Counted from the first letter of the stretch, positions 8,848 through 19,369 are shown. The stretch is DNA of 64,000 nt from Candidatus Poribacteria bacterium (GCA_963663765.2 CAXXUA010000011.1:1-64000), one strand, 5' to 3'. Made by a program: numbers and translations. The notes: generated by a model not told the origin, from the letters alone.

Positions 8848-9861
8848 ATGAAAAAGAAGGTATTGTTTATATGCGGTTCAATGAACATTACAACGCAGAT
8901 GCAACAGATCGCTCAAGAATTACCAGAATATGACAAGTATTTCACACCGTTTTATGCTGACGGATTTATCAAAATTCTTAATAAACTTAAGCTTGTAGAA
9001 TTTACGATTATAGGTGACAAACGTGCAGGTGAATGTCAAAGGTACCTCAAAGAACAGGACCTTAGTATTGACTATGGCGGGATACAGCATGACTATGATC
9101 TGATTGTTACTTGCAGTGATCTCGTCGTACAAAAGAATATAATGGACAATAAGCGTATTGTTGTTCAAGAAGGAATCACTGACCCTGAAAGATTTTCCTA
9201 CCACCTTGTAAAAACCTTTGAGTTCCTACCAAAATGGTTTGCGGGGACATCTGCAAATGGAATCAGCAACAACTTTGACTACTACTGTGTAGCTGGAGAA
9301 GGTTATCGTGAGTTGTTTATCCGAAAAGGTGTTAAACCGGATAAGATTCGTGTTACTGGTATACCGAATTTTGACAATTGCAAGAAATACCATGAGAACG
9401 ATTTCCCTCATAAAGGATATGTACTTGTGTGTACATCTGATTTGCGTGAGAAGTTCAGATATGAGAATAGGAAAAAGTTCATCAAGAACGCACTTGAAAT
9501 TGCAGATGGACGGCAGCTGATCTTTAAACTTCATCCTAACGAAAAGTTTGAAAGACGCACTGCAGAAATAAAGAAATTGGCACCGGATGCACTTGTTTAT
9601 ACTTCTGGTAGTGCAGAGGAGATGATTGCAAACTCTGCTGCGTTGATAACCAGTTATTCATCTACGATTTATGTGGGTTTAGCTCTTGGAAAAGAGGTAT
9701 ATTCTGTGCTTGATATGGATGAGTTGCGCCAATTGACTCCTATACAAAATGGTTGTGCTGCAAGACACATTGCGGATGTCTGTCGTGAGTTAATCGGTGA
9801 TGAGCAAAACTTAGGTGAAACGGTATCTTCTCGTAAGAAACAGATTCCCGCGCATGCATAG
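8848..9861 (+). CDS. Conserved protein, probable GT-B fold glycosyltransferase-like
   Basis: VTGIPNFD, FKLHPNE and LITSYSST motifs resemble GT-B enzymes. Confidence 0.55.
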   Translation: MKKKVLFICGSMNITTQMQQIAQELPEYDKYFTPFYADGFIKILNKLKLVEFTIIGDKRAGECQRYLKEQDLSIDYGGIQHDYDLIVTCSDLVVQKNIMDNKRIVVQEGITDPERFSYHLVKTFEFLPKWFAGTSANGISNNFDYYCVAGEGYRELFIRKGVKPDKIRVTGIPNFDNCKKYHENDFPHKGYVLVCTSDLREKFRYENRKKFIKNALEIADGRQLIFKLHPNEKFERRTAEIKKLAPDALVYTSGSAEEMIANSAALITSYSSTIYVGLALGKEVYSVLDMDELRQLTPIQNGCAARHIADVCRELIGDEQNLGETVSSRKKQIPAHA

Positions 9862-9914
9862 TCTACATCATAATAAATTCTTGTGTTGATGTAAGTGCTA
9901 TCCTATATAGTTGG

Positions 9915-10033
9915 CAGGGTTAATTAGTTTTAGGTATTTTAGCTGTTTCCTAAGAAAATCGCGACCAGGAGGTCGCTCCTACCGCGGGGTTTCTTTTTTT
10001 AAAATTCAATAATTAGAAAAACTGAATAACCCT
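9915..10033. repeat. MITE-like element with CAGGGTTATTCAGTT-type inverted ends and an internal REP
   Basis: Imperfect inverted ends. The same termini recur at 17949/18183, 37503, 45552 and 60370/61086. Confidence 0.55.
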
Positions 10034-10123
10034 AAACAAAAAGATTGACATGTTTGATATACATTTGTGCTAAAATTGTGGTTAATACCGTAACCAAATT
10101 AACGTAACGTAAGGAGAACAAAT

Positions 10124-11314
10124 ATGACAACAACTGACATAAAAGCAGTGGCAACGGAATATATAATCAACACTTATGGTGACAGAAGCCTTGCCTTCGT
10201 GAAAGGAGAAGGTCCTTATTTATGGGATGCAGAAGGGAAGAAATATCTTGATTTCTTAGGGGGGTTAGCAGTCAACGGATTAGGACATGCCCACCCTAAA
10301 GTCGTTGCAGCAATTCGCGAACAAGCAGGAAACATATTACACACTTCCAATCTATATTATATACAACCACAAGCAGAATTAGCGAAACTCTTGATAGATA
10401 ATTCAGACATGGATCAGTGTTTCTTCTGCAATAGCGGTGCCGAGGCGAATGAAGCGGCGATCAAATTGGCGCGGAAATATACGAAAGACAGTGGTAGAAC
10501 AGATGCTTATGAAATCATCACGATGGATGATTCATTTCATGGCAGAACAATTGCAACAATCACTGCAACTGCACAGACGAAATATCACGTCGGATTTGAA
10601 CCGATGCTTGAAGGTTTCAAATATGTACCGTTTGATGATATTGCTGCAACCGAAGAAGCAATAAGTGAAAAAACGTGTGCGATTTTAGTTGAACCGATCC
10701 AATCCGAAGGTGGTGTGAATATTCCAAGCGATGGCTACCTTCAAGGGTTACGTGAACTATGTGATAAGCACAATCTGTTGTTGATGTTTGACGAAGTGCA
10801 AACTGCTATGGGTAGATTGGGTACATTTTTCGGCTATCAGAGTTACGGTGTTGTGCCGGATGTGATAACGATGGCAAAGGCTCTCGGTAGTGGTGTGCCG
10901 ATTGGTGCAATGTTAGCAAAAAGAGAAGTCGCAGAAAGTTTTGTACCAGGTACACATGCAGCTACATTCGGTGGAAACTTCCTATCCAGTGCTGCCGCCG
11001 TTGCGACAATTAAGACTATATTTGAAGAGAACCTTGCAGTAAACGCAGTGAAGATGGGTAACTATCTTGCCGGTGGTCTGATGGAACTCAAAGGGAAATA
11101 TCCGATCAAAGAGGTACGCGGAAAGGGACTGTTACGAGGTCTTGTGATGGATGTTGATGCTAAACCACTTGCAACAAAATGTATAGAAAACGGTTTAGTC
11201 ACAATCTGTACGAATGATTACGTTTTGCGATTCTTACCACCCCTCAATATCAACGCTGCACATGTAGAAGAAGCAGTGAATATCGTTGAAAAATCAATGT
11301 CCGAGGTCTTTTAG
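10124..11314 (+). CDS. argD: Acetylornithine aminotransferase (class III)
   Basis: FCNSGAEANEAAIKLARK, SFHGRT, DEVQT, MAKALG, TFGGN. Confidence 0.92.
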   Translation: MTTTDIKAVATEYIINTYGDRSLAFVKGEGPYLWDAEGKKYLDFLGGLAVNGLGHAHPKVVAAIREQAGNILHTSNLYYIQPQAELAKLLIDNSDMDQCFFCNSGAEANEAAIKLARKYTKDSGRTDAYEIITMDDSFHGRTIATITATAQTKYHVGFEPMLEGFKYVPFDDIAATEEAISEKTCAILVEPIQSEGGVNIPSDGYLQGLRELCDKHNLLLMFDEVQTAMGRLGTFFGYQSYGVVPDVITMAKALGSGVPIGAMLAKREVAESFVPGTHAATFGGNFLSSAAAVATIKTIFEENLAVNAVKMGNYLAGGLMELKGKYPIKEVRGKGLLRGLVMDVDAKPLATKCIENGLVTICTNDYVLRFLPPLNINAAHVEEAVNIVEKSMSEVF

Positions 11315-12190
11315 ATGAGAATCTATGTAAATCTTCTTGAACAAAGAACGTTATGTTTCGCTATTATCCTCCTTGGACTTGTTTCCTTTGCGGGTTGTGT
11401 TACGGCGACCTCCGAAATTGAAGGCACTTCAGTTACAGTATCGGAGATTACGCCATATTTAGATACCCTAAAGGCGAGATACGACCTTACACGAAGTCTA
11501 AAGACGACGAAGATGATGGTGACAATTCAGGAAGGAGACCGTGATGCGGAAGAACTTCGCGAGATGCTATGGTACAAAAAATCATCTAATGGCGACGATC
11601 AACTTCGCATTCAAGTTTTAGGTGCATTTAATGATGCGAAGGGGGTTGCAATTGCAAAGGATGATCAGTTTCTGCTGGTGCTTATAGAGGAACAAGAAGC
11701 ATATTACGGCAAGTTGACTGATGGTGTATTGCGTGAGATCTTTGGTATTGACTTGCGCGTTTCTGATGTGTTAAGTGCAATCTTTGCAAATCCTTTTCTT
11801 GACGGTCGTACCGATGTATTAAAAGTCACGCAATCTGGTCAAAAATTCGTTGTAAAAAGACCGGGTGTTGAAGAGGAACACACTGAAATAATCACACTTC
11901 TTGTGCAGGAGGGTGAACCCCGCGTCACTGAGTGGCATATCAATAATAATGAAGGAAAAATACTGCAACATGCTATTTTTGACGATTATAGGGAAGTTGA
12001 TGGAATCCTCAGACCCCACAGAGTTGAAATCAAACGACCCATTGATAAGACCCGTGTTGTTGTGAAGATGTCAGATGTACAACTGCATACTGACATTAAA
12101 GATAGTAGGTTTGATCTCTCACCGTTTTTAAATGGTGATCTCACAGTGATTCCTATATCAGAATCTGATGGAACAGATACGAATGAATGA
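11315..12190 (+). CDS. Putative lipoprotein, LolB/DUF4292-like
   Basis: Lipobox FAGC after a hydrophobic stretch; sits directly upstream of ispE, the usual lolB position. Confidence 0.55.
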   Translation: MRIYVNLLEQRTLCFAIILLGLVSFAGCVTATSEIEGTSVTVSEITPYLDTLKARYDLTRSLKTTKMMVTIQEGDRDAEELREMLWYKKSSNGDDQLRIQVLGAFNDAKGVAIAKDDQFLLVLIEEQEAYYGKLTDGVLREIFGIDLRVSDVLSAIFANPFLDGRTDVLKVTQSGQKFVVKRPGVEEEHTEIITLLVQEGEPRVTEWHINNNEGKILQHAIFDDYREVDGILRPHRVEIKRPIDKTRVVVKMSDVQLHTDIKDSRFDLSPFLNGDLTVIPISESDGTDTNE

Positions 12191-13077
12191 AAGCACAAAA
12201 TGATTTACGCATTCGCGCCCACGCAAAAATCAACCTATATCTGGATGTTGTCAGCAAACGGCAGGATGGCTATCACTACCTTGAAACAGTGTTTCATTCT
12301 ATTGGCTTGCATGATCAGGTAATTCTTCGTGAACGATATAATAAAGAATTTACAATTCATTGTGAACATCCCAATGTTCCAACGGACAGCAGCAACCTTG
12401 CCTATCAAGCAGCACAATCCCTGAACGATGTCGTCGGGGGAATTGGTGGACTTGAGATACAGATTAACAAGCAGATACCAGTTGCAGCGGGACTTGCTGG
12501 TGGCAGTGCCAACGCTGCGGCAGTGTTATACGGTGTAAATGAACTTTTCAAATTAGGTTTATCTACAAAGGAGTTAATGGATATCGGAGGGAAATTGGGT
12601 GCAGATGTTCCGTTCTGCTTGCGTGGGGGTGCAGCTTACGGAACGGTTAAAGGTGACATCCTAACACCTTTACCTGCTTTCACTGACATACCGCTCGTTC
12701 TACTAAACACAGGTATTGCGGTCTCTACTTCCGAAGTATTCAAAAACTTTAACATTACCTTGACAAAGCAGAAAAAAGAAAGTATAATTATAAGGACTTG
12801 TGTTGAGAAGAGTGACATCATCGGTGTTGGTAGAAACCTATACAATATCCTTGAAAACCCGGTTTTTGCTAAACACCCCGAACTTGCTAAACTCAAAGTC
12901 CAGTTATCTACGCAGACTGGCTGTTATGGTGCTCTGATGTCGGGCAGCGGTGCAACAATGTTCGCTTTGATGGAAGACGCCGATGCATCGAACCGGTGTA
13001 AAGTTCTCTTTGAAGACAAGATCAGTTTTTGTTCAACAACAGTAACCACATCTATGGGTGTGTGTTTTGATAATTGA
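12187..13077 (+). CDS. ispE: 4-diphosphocytidyl-2-C-methyl-D-erythritol kinase
   Basis: AKINLYL, KQIPVAAGLAGGS, GADVPF, MSGSG. Confidence 0.96.
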   Translation: MKAQNDLRIRAHAKINLYLDVVSKRQDGYHYLETVFHSIGLHDQVILRERYNKEFTIHCEHPNVPTDSSNLAYQAAQSLNDVVGGIGGLEIQINKQIPVAAGLAGGSANAAAVLYGVNELFKLGLSTKELMDIGGKLGADVPFCLRGGAAYGTVKGDILTPLPAFTDIPLVLLNTGIAVSTSEVFKNFNITLTKQKKESIIIRTCVEKSDIIGVGRNLYNILENPVFAKHPELAKLKVQLSTQTGCYGALMSGSGATMFALMEDADASNRCKVLFEDKISFCSTTVTTSMGVCFDN

Positions 13078-13149
13078 AGGGCGGTGGCCAAGCGGTAAGG
13101 CACAGGTCTTTGGCACCTGCATGCGTAGGTTCGAATCCTACCCGCCCTG
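13078..13149 (+). tRNA. tRNA-Gln (TTG), CCA not encoded
   Basis: Acceptor AGGGCGG/CCGCCCT, D arm GCC-AAGCGGTAA-GGC, anticodon arm CAGGT-CTTTGGC-ACCTG, T arm GTAGG-TTCGAAT-CCTAC. Confidence 0.95.
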
Positions 13150-13182
13150 TTTATTTTACATAATAAGGTTTAGAAGAACATC

Positions 13183-13905
13183 ATGCAACAAGCGAATTTA
13201 GAAGTTAAACAAAGAGATGCGTTTGGTAAGCAAAACGCTCGTGCTATTCGGCGTGCGGGGGATGTACCCGTAGTCGTATACGGACGCAAACAGGACACCG
13301 TTCCACTTAAAATAAATGAACGGCTATTTAAACAGTTCCTCAGAACTTATGGTGAAAACGTCATCATCAATATGGAGGTCTCCGATGGCAATTTAGAACC
13401 TGTCATCATAAGAGAAATTCAACGTGATCCCGTTGAGAAACAAACTTTACTCCATGCAGATTTTATACGTATATCGTTAGATGAGCCGGTTACCTCTGCA
13501 GTTCCAATAATTTTAGAAGGTACACCCACAGGTTTACAACATGGCGGCGTTGTTGAATTTTCGCTCCGCGTTCTAACATTGAATTGTCTACCAGCATCTA
13601 TGCCAAATGAAATAAACATTGATGTGTCGAATATGGAAGTTGGGGACCTTATCTATGTCCAAGACATTGACCTTGATGAAGAAATAGAAGTATTAGACGA
13701 TCTTCAACGTATCATCGTCTCCGTAGCTCAACCACGTGTCATTGTTGAAGAGGTAGAAGAAGTTGAAGAAGGCGAGGAAGGTGAAGAAGGCGAGGAAGGT
13801 GAAGAAGGCGCAACTGAAGAAGGTGCTACCGAAGAAGATGCTGAAGAACGCGCTGAACCCGAGGTAATTTCACGTAGACGTAGAAATGATGGCGACGCTG
13901 GATAA
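13183..13905 (+). CDS. rplY: 50S ribosomal protein L25/Ctc
   Basis: GKQNARAIRRAGDVPVVVYG, HADF, acidic tail. Confidence 0.95.
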   Translation: MQQANLEVKQRDAFGKQNARAIRRAGDVPVVVYGRKQDTVPLKINERLFKQFLRTYGENVIINMEVSDGNLEPVIIREIQRDPVEKQTLLHADFIRISLDEPVTSAVPIILEGTPTGLQHGGVVEFSLRVLTLNCLPASMPNEINIDVSNMEVGDLIYVQDIDLDEEIEVLDDLQRIIVSVAQPRVIVEEVEEVEEGEEGEEGEEGEEGATEEGATEEDAEERAEPEVISRRRRNDGDAG

Positions 13906-13913
13906 ATGTTAAG

Positions 13914-15062
13914 ATGTGGTTACACACATTGAAACCCTCAATCCTTATACTTTTCATCCTTATATTTGTATCCACACCGCACGGTTATGCACAAGCAGCA
14001 ACCGTGCGTTTTGTTGATGCAGATGGGGAAACACTTGATGAAGTAGAATACATGCTGCATCAAGAAAAGCTATACCTTCCTGTTGATACCCTCAAATCTG
14101 TCTTTGATTCGGAGATGACTGACCTATTTCATCGACCCAAAAAGCAACTTGTCATAAAAACTAAAGGCAAGGAAGTCCAGTTAGGTATGGGTAAAGTTCT
14201 GGTCAGTATTGATTCAGGAAAACAGACTCACACCCTCACTGCCCCCCCGCTTGTACTTCAGGGACAACCCATGTTACCTGTCGCTTTCTTTACTGAAATA
14301 CTACCTCATCTTGATGACGTTGAAGTGATGTATAACCCGAATCTGCACAGAATTAGGATCATACCCAAAACGTTTTGGGATAATGATAACGTAGAAGATA
14401 TTCAAGAATGGACAGTCATTATTGATCCTGGACATGGCGGGGTTGACTTGGGATGCAAGAGTCAGAATGGATTAATTGAGAAGGATATTGTATTGGCTGT
14501 TGCTAAACAGTTGCAAGATCTCGCCAAACAGAGCGGGATTAATATTCAACTTACCCGCGACCAAGATATCAAAAAATCACGTGTTCAACGCGTGCAGGTA
14601 ACTAACAAGAATCAGGGACAACTATTTCTGAGTTTACATTGCAATGCATCTTACTCACCTAATCATAAAGGCATGCGAATTTATTTGAATAATCCAAATG
14701 GGAAACTCCGATTTAGTGCTGCGTCCATGCCTGTATTCGGTAAAAAGAGTCTAAATATTCGCACACAATCAAATTTCTTGAATCAGAGTAAAGAATTTGC
14801 TTCTTTCTTAGAAAAAGAGTTAAATTTCGTTTTAGATGAACCGATTGTCATCTCTGAATTTCCCATAATCACATTGAAAGAAATCTATATGCCAGCCGTT
14901 CTTTTAGAGCTCGGTTATCTATCTAATGTGGATGATGCTAATCGACTATCCAAATCAGAATATCTTTCTGAAATTGCAGAAGCCATTGTCCGTGCAGTCC
15001 AACTATATTCTACATCAATAAAACAGATAGACAAACCTAAAGAAACCTTAAATGCTGATTAG
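13914..15062 (+). CDS. N-acetylmuramoyl-L-alanine amidase (Amidase_3)
   Basis: Signal peptide; IIDPGHGG, EKD, SLHCN, PAVLLELGYLSN. Confidence 0.92.
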   Translation: MWLHTLKPSILILFILIFVSTPHGYAQAATVRFVDADGETLDEVEYMLHQEKLYLPVDTLKSVFDSEMTDLFHRPKKQLVIKTKGKEVQLGMGKVLVSIDSGKQTHTLTAPPLVLQGQPMLPVAFFTEILPHLDDVEVMYNPNLHRIRIIPKTFWDNDNVEDIQEWTVIIDPGHGGVDLGCKSQNGLIEKDIVLAVAKQLQDLAKQSGINIQLTRDQDIKKSRVQRVQVTNKNQGQLFLSLHCNASYSPNHKGMRIYLNNPNGKLRFSAASMPVFGKKSLNIRTQSNFLNQSKEFASFLEKELNFVLDEPIVISEFPIITLKEIYMPAVLLELGYLSNVDDANRLSKSEYLSEIAEAIVRAVQLYSTSIKQIDKPKETLNAD

Positions 15063-15192
15063 GGTATACTCTTATGTTTTATGTTAATATGTTGGACAGA
15101 AAAAATGGAACGAAACTCAAATCCAAGTATCATTAATGATTTATTGGAGTTTGAACAATGCGATTATTTCTTAACTGAATTGGAATTTCATT

Positions 15193-15786
15193 GTGAATAT
15201 AATACGTCGAATAACGCATTCAAGACTCTTTATATTATGGGGGATAACCCTGGTTGTCATATTAATTTGCCTTGCAATATCACTGTTATTGATTGCTAAC
15301 ATGAAACAAACTGACATTCAACAGGTACCACCTAAACTTCCGGACAGTGCGAATCAATCCGATAATTTACCACCAGCTCAACAGATTAACCTATTTCTTT
15401 TAGAGTCGTCAGGCGTAGAACTTACTCCCCTCAAAGTTGAGTTACGTATATTTCCTGAAACGACAGAACGATTGAAACAGATTATATCTGCACTGGTGCA
15501 AGAACGTCCTCCTAATTATAGAAACCCTATTCCAAATGGCACAATAGTTAACGAAGTATACATTGATAGTCGCAAGACAGCCTATTTAGATTTTTCTCAT
15601 CATCTTTCCGAAGGACATATAGGTGGTACAACAGGGGAATACCTAACCGTAACTGCTATTTTGAAAACTGTCTTTGATGCTTTTCCTGATGAAATAAAAC
15701 ACGTCCAATTTCTCATTGATGGGGAAGAGGTAGAAACACTTTCTGGACACATAAATCTTTCTCAACCTATGCGGTTTTTCGAGTAA
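15193..15786 (+). CDS. GerMN domain membrane-anchored protein
   Basis: N-terminal TM; PIPNGT, AYLDFS, VQFLIDGEEVETLSGHI. Confidence 0.85.
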   Translation: MNIIRRITHSRLFILWGITLVVILICLAISLLLIANMKQTDIQQVPPKLPDSANQSDNLPPAQQINLFLLESSGVELTPLKVELRIFPETTERLKQIISALVQERPPNYRNPIPNGTIVNEVYIDSRKTAYLDFSHHLSEGHIGGTTGEYLTVTAILKTVFDAFPDEIKHVQFLIDGEEVETLSGHINLSQPMRFFE

Positions 15787-15797
15787 AACTCTCAACC

Positions 15798-16412
15798 ATG
15801 GAATGTCCAAACACTACAACACACTCCTTGAGACTTCTTGTCGGTCTTGGAAATCCCGGTCTTCGCTACGAACGAACCAAACACAATATAGGATTCCGAG
15901 TCATTGATGCACTCTATGACAAATTAATTTCAGAACAAGACTCAAACAACCTTACAGCAAAGCGTATAACCTCAGTCTGTAATTCCCTCGTCATACACAC
16001 AGAAATATGCGATGCACCCATTATCCTTGCAAAACCGATGACATATATGAACAATAGTGGTGTGGCTGTTGCATCACTGGTCAACCGTTTTGAGATTCCA
16101 CCATCTCATATTTGTATTATTTACGATGATGTCCATTTAGATATTGGGATGATTCGGATACGTCGGAAAGGGAGTGACGGCGGTCAAAAAGGCATGCAGT
16201 CTATTATCCATCGCTTAGGCACAACTGAGTTTCCACGTTTGCGTATTGGCATTGGGGAACCTGTAGGTGACATTTCGGATTATGTCCTATCAGAATTTAC
16301 CGCAGAAGAAGAAACTGAGATTGAGCAATCAGTTGTACGTGCAGTTGAAGCGATTGAATCAATTGTAGAAGAAGGTATACAAACTGCTATGAACAGATTC
16401 AATACTCGCTGA
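15798..16412 (+). CDS. pth: Peptidyl-tRNA hydrolase
   Basis: VGLGNPG, HNIGF, KPMTYMNNSG, RLRIGIG. Confidence 0.95.
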   Translation: MECPNTTTHSLRLLVGLGNPGLRYERTKHNIGFRVIDALYDKLISEQDSNNLTAKRITSVCNSLVIHTEICDAPIILAKPMTYMNNSGVAVASLVNRFEIPPSHICIIYDDVHLDIGMIRIRRKGSDGGQKGMQSIIHRLGTTEFPRLRIGIGEPVGDISDYVLSEFTAEEETEIEQSVVRAVEAIESIVEEGIQTAMNRFNTR

Positions 16413-16435
16413 ATTTGTAAAAGGAACAAAACGGT

Positions 16436-17545
16436 ATGGATCAAAAATATCATATACAAAACGTTGAAAAGATACCCAGTCCTGCATTAGTAGTCTACCT
16501 TGAATTGGTGCAGCAAAACATTGATCGAGCTATTGCTATGGTTGATGGTGTTGTGTCTAAACTTAGACCGCATGCTAAGACACATAAGACTGCGCAAATA
16601 ATTGAAATGGAACGAGAAGCAGGTATCCTAAAACACAAATGTGCTACTCTACGAGAAGCAGAGATGCTGGCACAAGCAGGTATAGAGGATATTCTTATTG
16701 CTTACCAAATGGTTGGACCAAACATCACCAGATTTGTCTTGTTGCAGGAAAAATATCCAGATGCTGAATTCAAGGTCATCGTTGACCACGTGGATGCAGT
16801 AACTGCTCTCTCCGAAGCTGCGATGGCACATGGTTTGAATGTCAAAGTCATGCTTGACCTTGATGTTGGTATGCACCGCACGGGAGTAGCAGTTGGGAAA
16901 GCTGCTGTTGATATTTATGAATGCATTGATCAGTCCGATGGTTTACAGCCATGGGGGTTGCATGTCTATGATGGACATATCCACGATGAAGATTTGTTAG
17001 CGCGTAGAACTGCCTGCAATCAAAGTCTTGCCCAAGTTGAACAAATGCAGGACATGCTTTCTGCTATAGAACTTGAAGTTCCGTTAGTGGTAATGGGTGG
17101 TACACCGACATTTCCTATCTATGCCGAAACACGTGGGGTTGAATCATCACCGGGTACATTTGTTTTTCACGATTACAATTACGTGTCACACTATCCCGAT
17201 CTTGGTTTTACACCTGCAGCATTGCTACTAAGTCGTATCATTAGCATTCCAACTCCAAGTCGCATCACGCTTGATTTAGGACACAAGGCAATCGCAGCTG
17301 ATCCAGTTGGAGCACGCGGTACTATTCTAAACGTTGAAAATGCTGAGGTAGACACACAACATGAAGAACATTGGGCAATTAACATACCCATAGACACACA
17401 AGTACATATCGGACAAGAGGTGTATGTCTGTCCAACGCATATCTGTCCATCAGTTGCATTGCATCCCTTCTATTATGTCATAGATACAGATGGGTATTGT
17501 CGCGAAACCTGGGAAGTCACCGCGCGAAATCGTCAAGTTACATGA
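16436..17545 (+). CDS. D-threonine aldolase family PLP-dependent enzyme
   Basis: LRPHAKTHK, DLDVGMHRTG, YDGH, HEEH, PTHIC. Confidence 0.88.
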   Translation: MDQKYHIQNVEKIPSPALVVYLELVQQNIDRAIAMVDGVVSKLRPHAKTHKTAQIIEMEREAGILKHKCATLREAEMLAQAGIEDILIAYQMVGPNITRFVLLQEKYPDAEFKVIVDHVDAVTALSEAAMAHGLNVKVMLDLDVGMHRTGVAVGKAAVDIYECIDQSDGLQPWGLHVYDGHIHDEDLLARRTACNQSLAQVEQMQDMLSAIELEVPLVVMGGTPTFPIYAETRGVESSPGTFVFHDYNYVSHYPDLGFTPAALLLSRIISIPTPSRITLDLGHKAIAADPVGARGTILNVENAEVDTQHEEHWAINIPIDTQVHIGQEVYVCPTHICPSVALHPFYYVIDTDGYCRETWEVTARNRQVT

Positions 17546-17589
17546 ATTGGAATTACAGAAATGTGTGGTTAATTTCCCTGCCCTAAGTT

Positions 17590-17724
17590 TCAATCAGTAA
17601 ATGTTTCTGTGTCACGAACCAATGTTTGTTCTTCAGATTCACGCATTGCTTTATGTATTTCAGTTAGTTCAACCCAAATTCCAGCTAAGAATGCTGCTAC
17701 TGCACCCAACATATAGTAAAGCAT
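17590..17724 (-). CDS. Putative 44-aa single-TM protein
   Basis: MLYYMLGAVAAFLAGIWVEL followed by a charged tail. The upstream part of the listed ORF runs through a MITE. Confidence 0.35.
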   Translation of the reverse strand: MLYYMLGAVAAFLAGIWVELTEIHKAMRESEEQTLVRDTETFTD

Positions 17725-17747
17725 ATAATTAACGACTTGTGTTAGTT

Positions 17748-18544
17748 CAATACCTTCGCCAATAATAGACATTCTGCCAGATTGTGCATGTAGTTGTAGC
17801 ACATTCTTCCAGATTGTGCGGGTAGTTGTAGCACATTCTTCCAGATTGTGCGGGTAGTTGTAGCACATTCTGCCAGAATCTGCATATAAATTATTCTGAC
17901 AGATTGCTGATATAGTCATTTCTATTGTCAAATTAGACGCTATGATAACAGGGTTATTCAGTTTTCAATATTCTTGATAATATTCTGCTATGTCGTTAAT
18001 TTTATGTGTTGCCATATTGTCCATGTCTTTAGTCCCGTAGGGACTAAAGACCGATGTTCAGGTTTCAATAATCTAATATTGATGTATAAAATTGATGTAT
18101 AAGGTGCAGTTAGGAAACTGCATTTGGGTATTAACTTTCAGTAAATCAAAATAACAGAAAACTTTTAATACTGAATAACCCTGACCAAAACGGAACTTTC
18201 TTTGCTCCAGCGGAGCAATATGTTTATAGTCACATTGTCAGCCCGCATCCCCGCTCCAACGGAGCGGTATGTTGGAGCCGCACATAACACTCCGATGGAG
18301 CACACCATTTTCTCCAGTTTCACAAATGGACGAAACTCGGAGAAAAATAGACGTTCTGTTGAATAATCAACTTCTACAAGATGAAAATTGTCCAAACTAT
18401 AGTAGACGTTATGATAATTAAAAATACTTCAACGAAAACCTGAAGTTATTTTTATTTATGTAATTCTAACAATATCACAGAGCAATGGTAATTCAACACT
18501 ATAGACTCATTCAACTGAAGCACTCAAAAATGGCGAAGGTTTTG
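17748..18544. mobile_element. MITE (TIR CAATACCTTCGCC, 6-bp TSD TTAGTT) with 32-bp tandem REPs and a nested insertion at 17949-18402
   Basis: TTAGTT at 17742-17747 and 18545-18550; uninterrupted sister copy at 36885-37228. Confidence 0.85.
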
Positions 18545-18866
18545 TTAGTTAACTAGGAGTTTGTATTTTGGTTTAGATTAGTGAAATATATAGAAATTTT
18601 TGTGGTATTTTTGTTTATTGTCTGAACCAGGATTTTCAGGATTACCAGATTTTCAGGATTTACCTCATCAAGGGTTTTTGATATGTGTTTTTGCTCTCTT
18701 TTGGAATAGGATAAGATGAAACAAATCTTGATAAGCTACTAATCCTGAAAATCCTGATTCAGACAAAGAATGAGTTAACTCCCAAAAATAAGTTAACTCA
18801 AGGATTAACAACTGTGATAGAATTTACTCAAAATATTGAAAACTGAAATAAGCCTGTATAAGCCAT

Positions 18867-19353
18867 GGGTGTGTAAAGTTTTTGCACAGAGGTACTAACT
18901 TTTGTTCTCTTTAGTCCCGTAGGGACGCAATGTTTATAGAAAGACGTTATTACATCCCCTCTCTTTAGTTCCGTATGAACGACATAGAAGGATAAACATA
19001 TCGTCCCTACGGGACTAAAAAGACGTGGGGAGAAGTATTTCTATAAACATATCGTCCCTACGGGACTGAAGAATATGGTTAATATTAACAATATTTCTTT
19101 ATATTGACACCTAATGAAGTTTGACAATCAAAATCGGTAGTTGAATTCGTAGGTGTTTGGTTCCCCAACCCGTTTGGTTTTTGAGTTTGCGTAGATCATG
19201 TGTGGCAACCACGCCCCTACGAATACACAACTTGAACGTCAAAACGCATTAGGACTCTGTGTCCGCAATCTCTCATTTAATCAGTTGCGGCGGGGCACAG
19301 AGACCTGCCCTACAATGGAGAGTAGGATGTTTCTACAAAAACTTTACACACCC
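18867..19353. mobile_element. MITE with TIR GGGTGTGTAAAGTTTTTG and 8-bp TSD TAAGCCAT (IS256-like ends)
   Basis: TAAGCCAT at 18859-18866 and 19354-19361; internal gtcccgtagggac REP pairs. Confidence 0.88.
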
Positions 19354-19369
19354 TAAGCCATCATTTACC

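Noticed and set aside
13745-13860. Glu-rich repeat in rplY as a novelty
   Set aside because: Acidic tails are common in L25/Ctc proteins.
17725-17931. N-terminal part of ORF 17590..17931
   Set aside because: It reads through a MITE and its 32-bp repeats.
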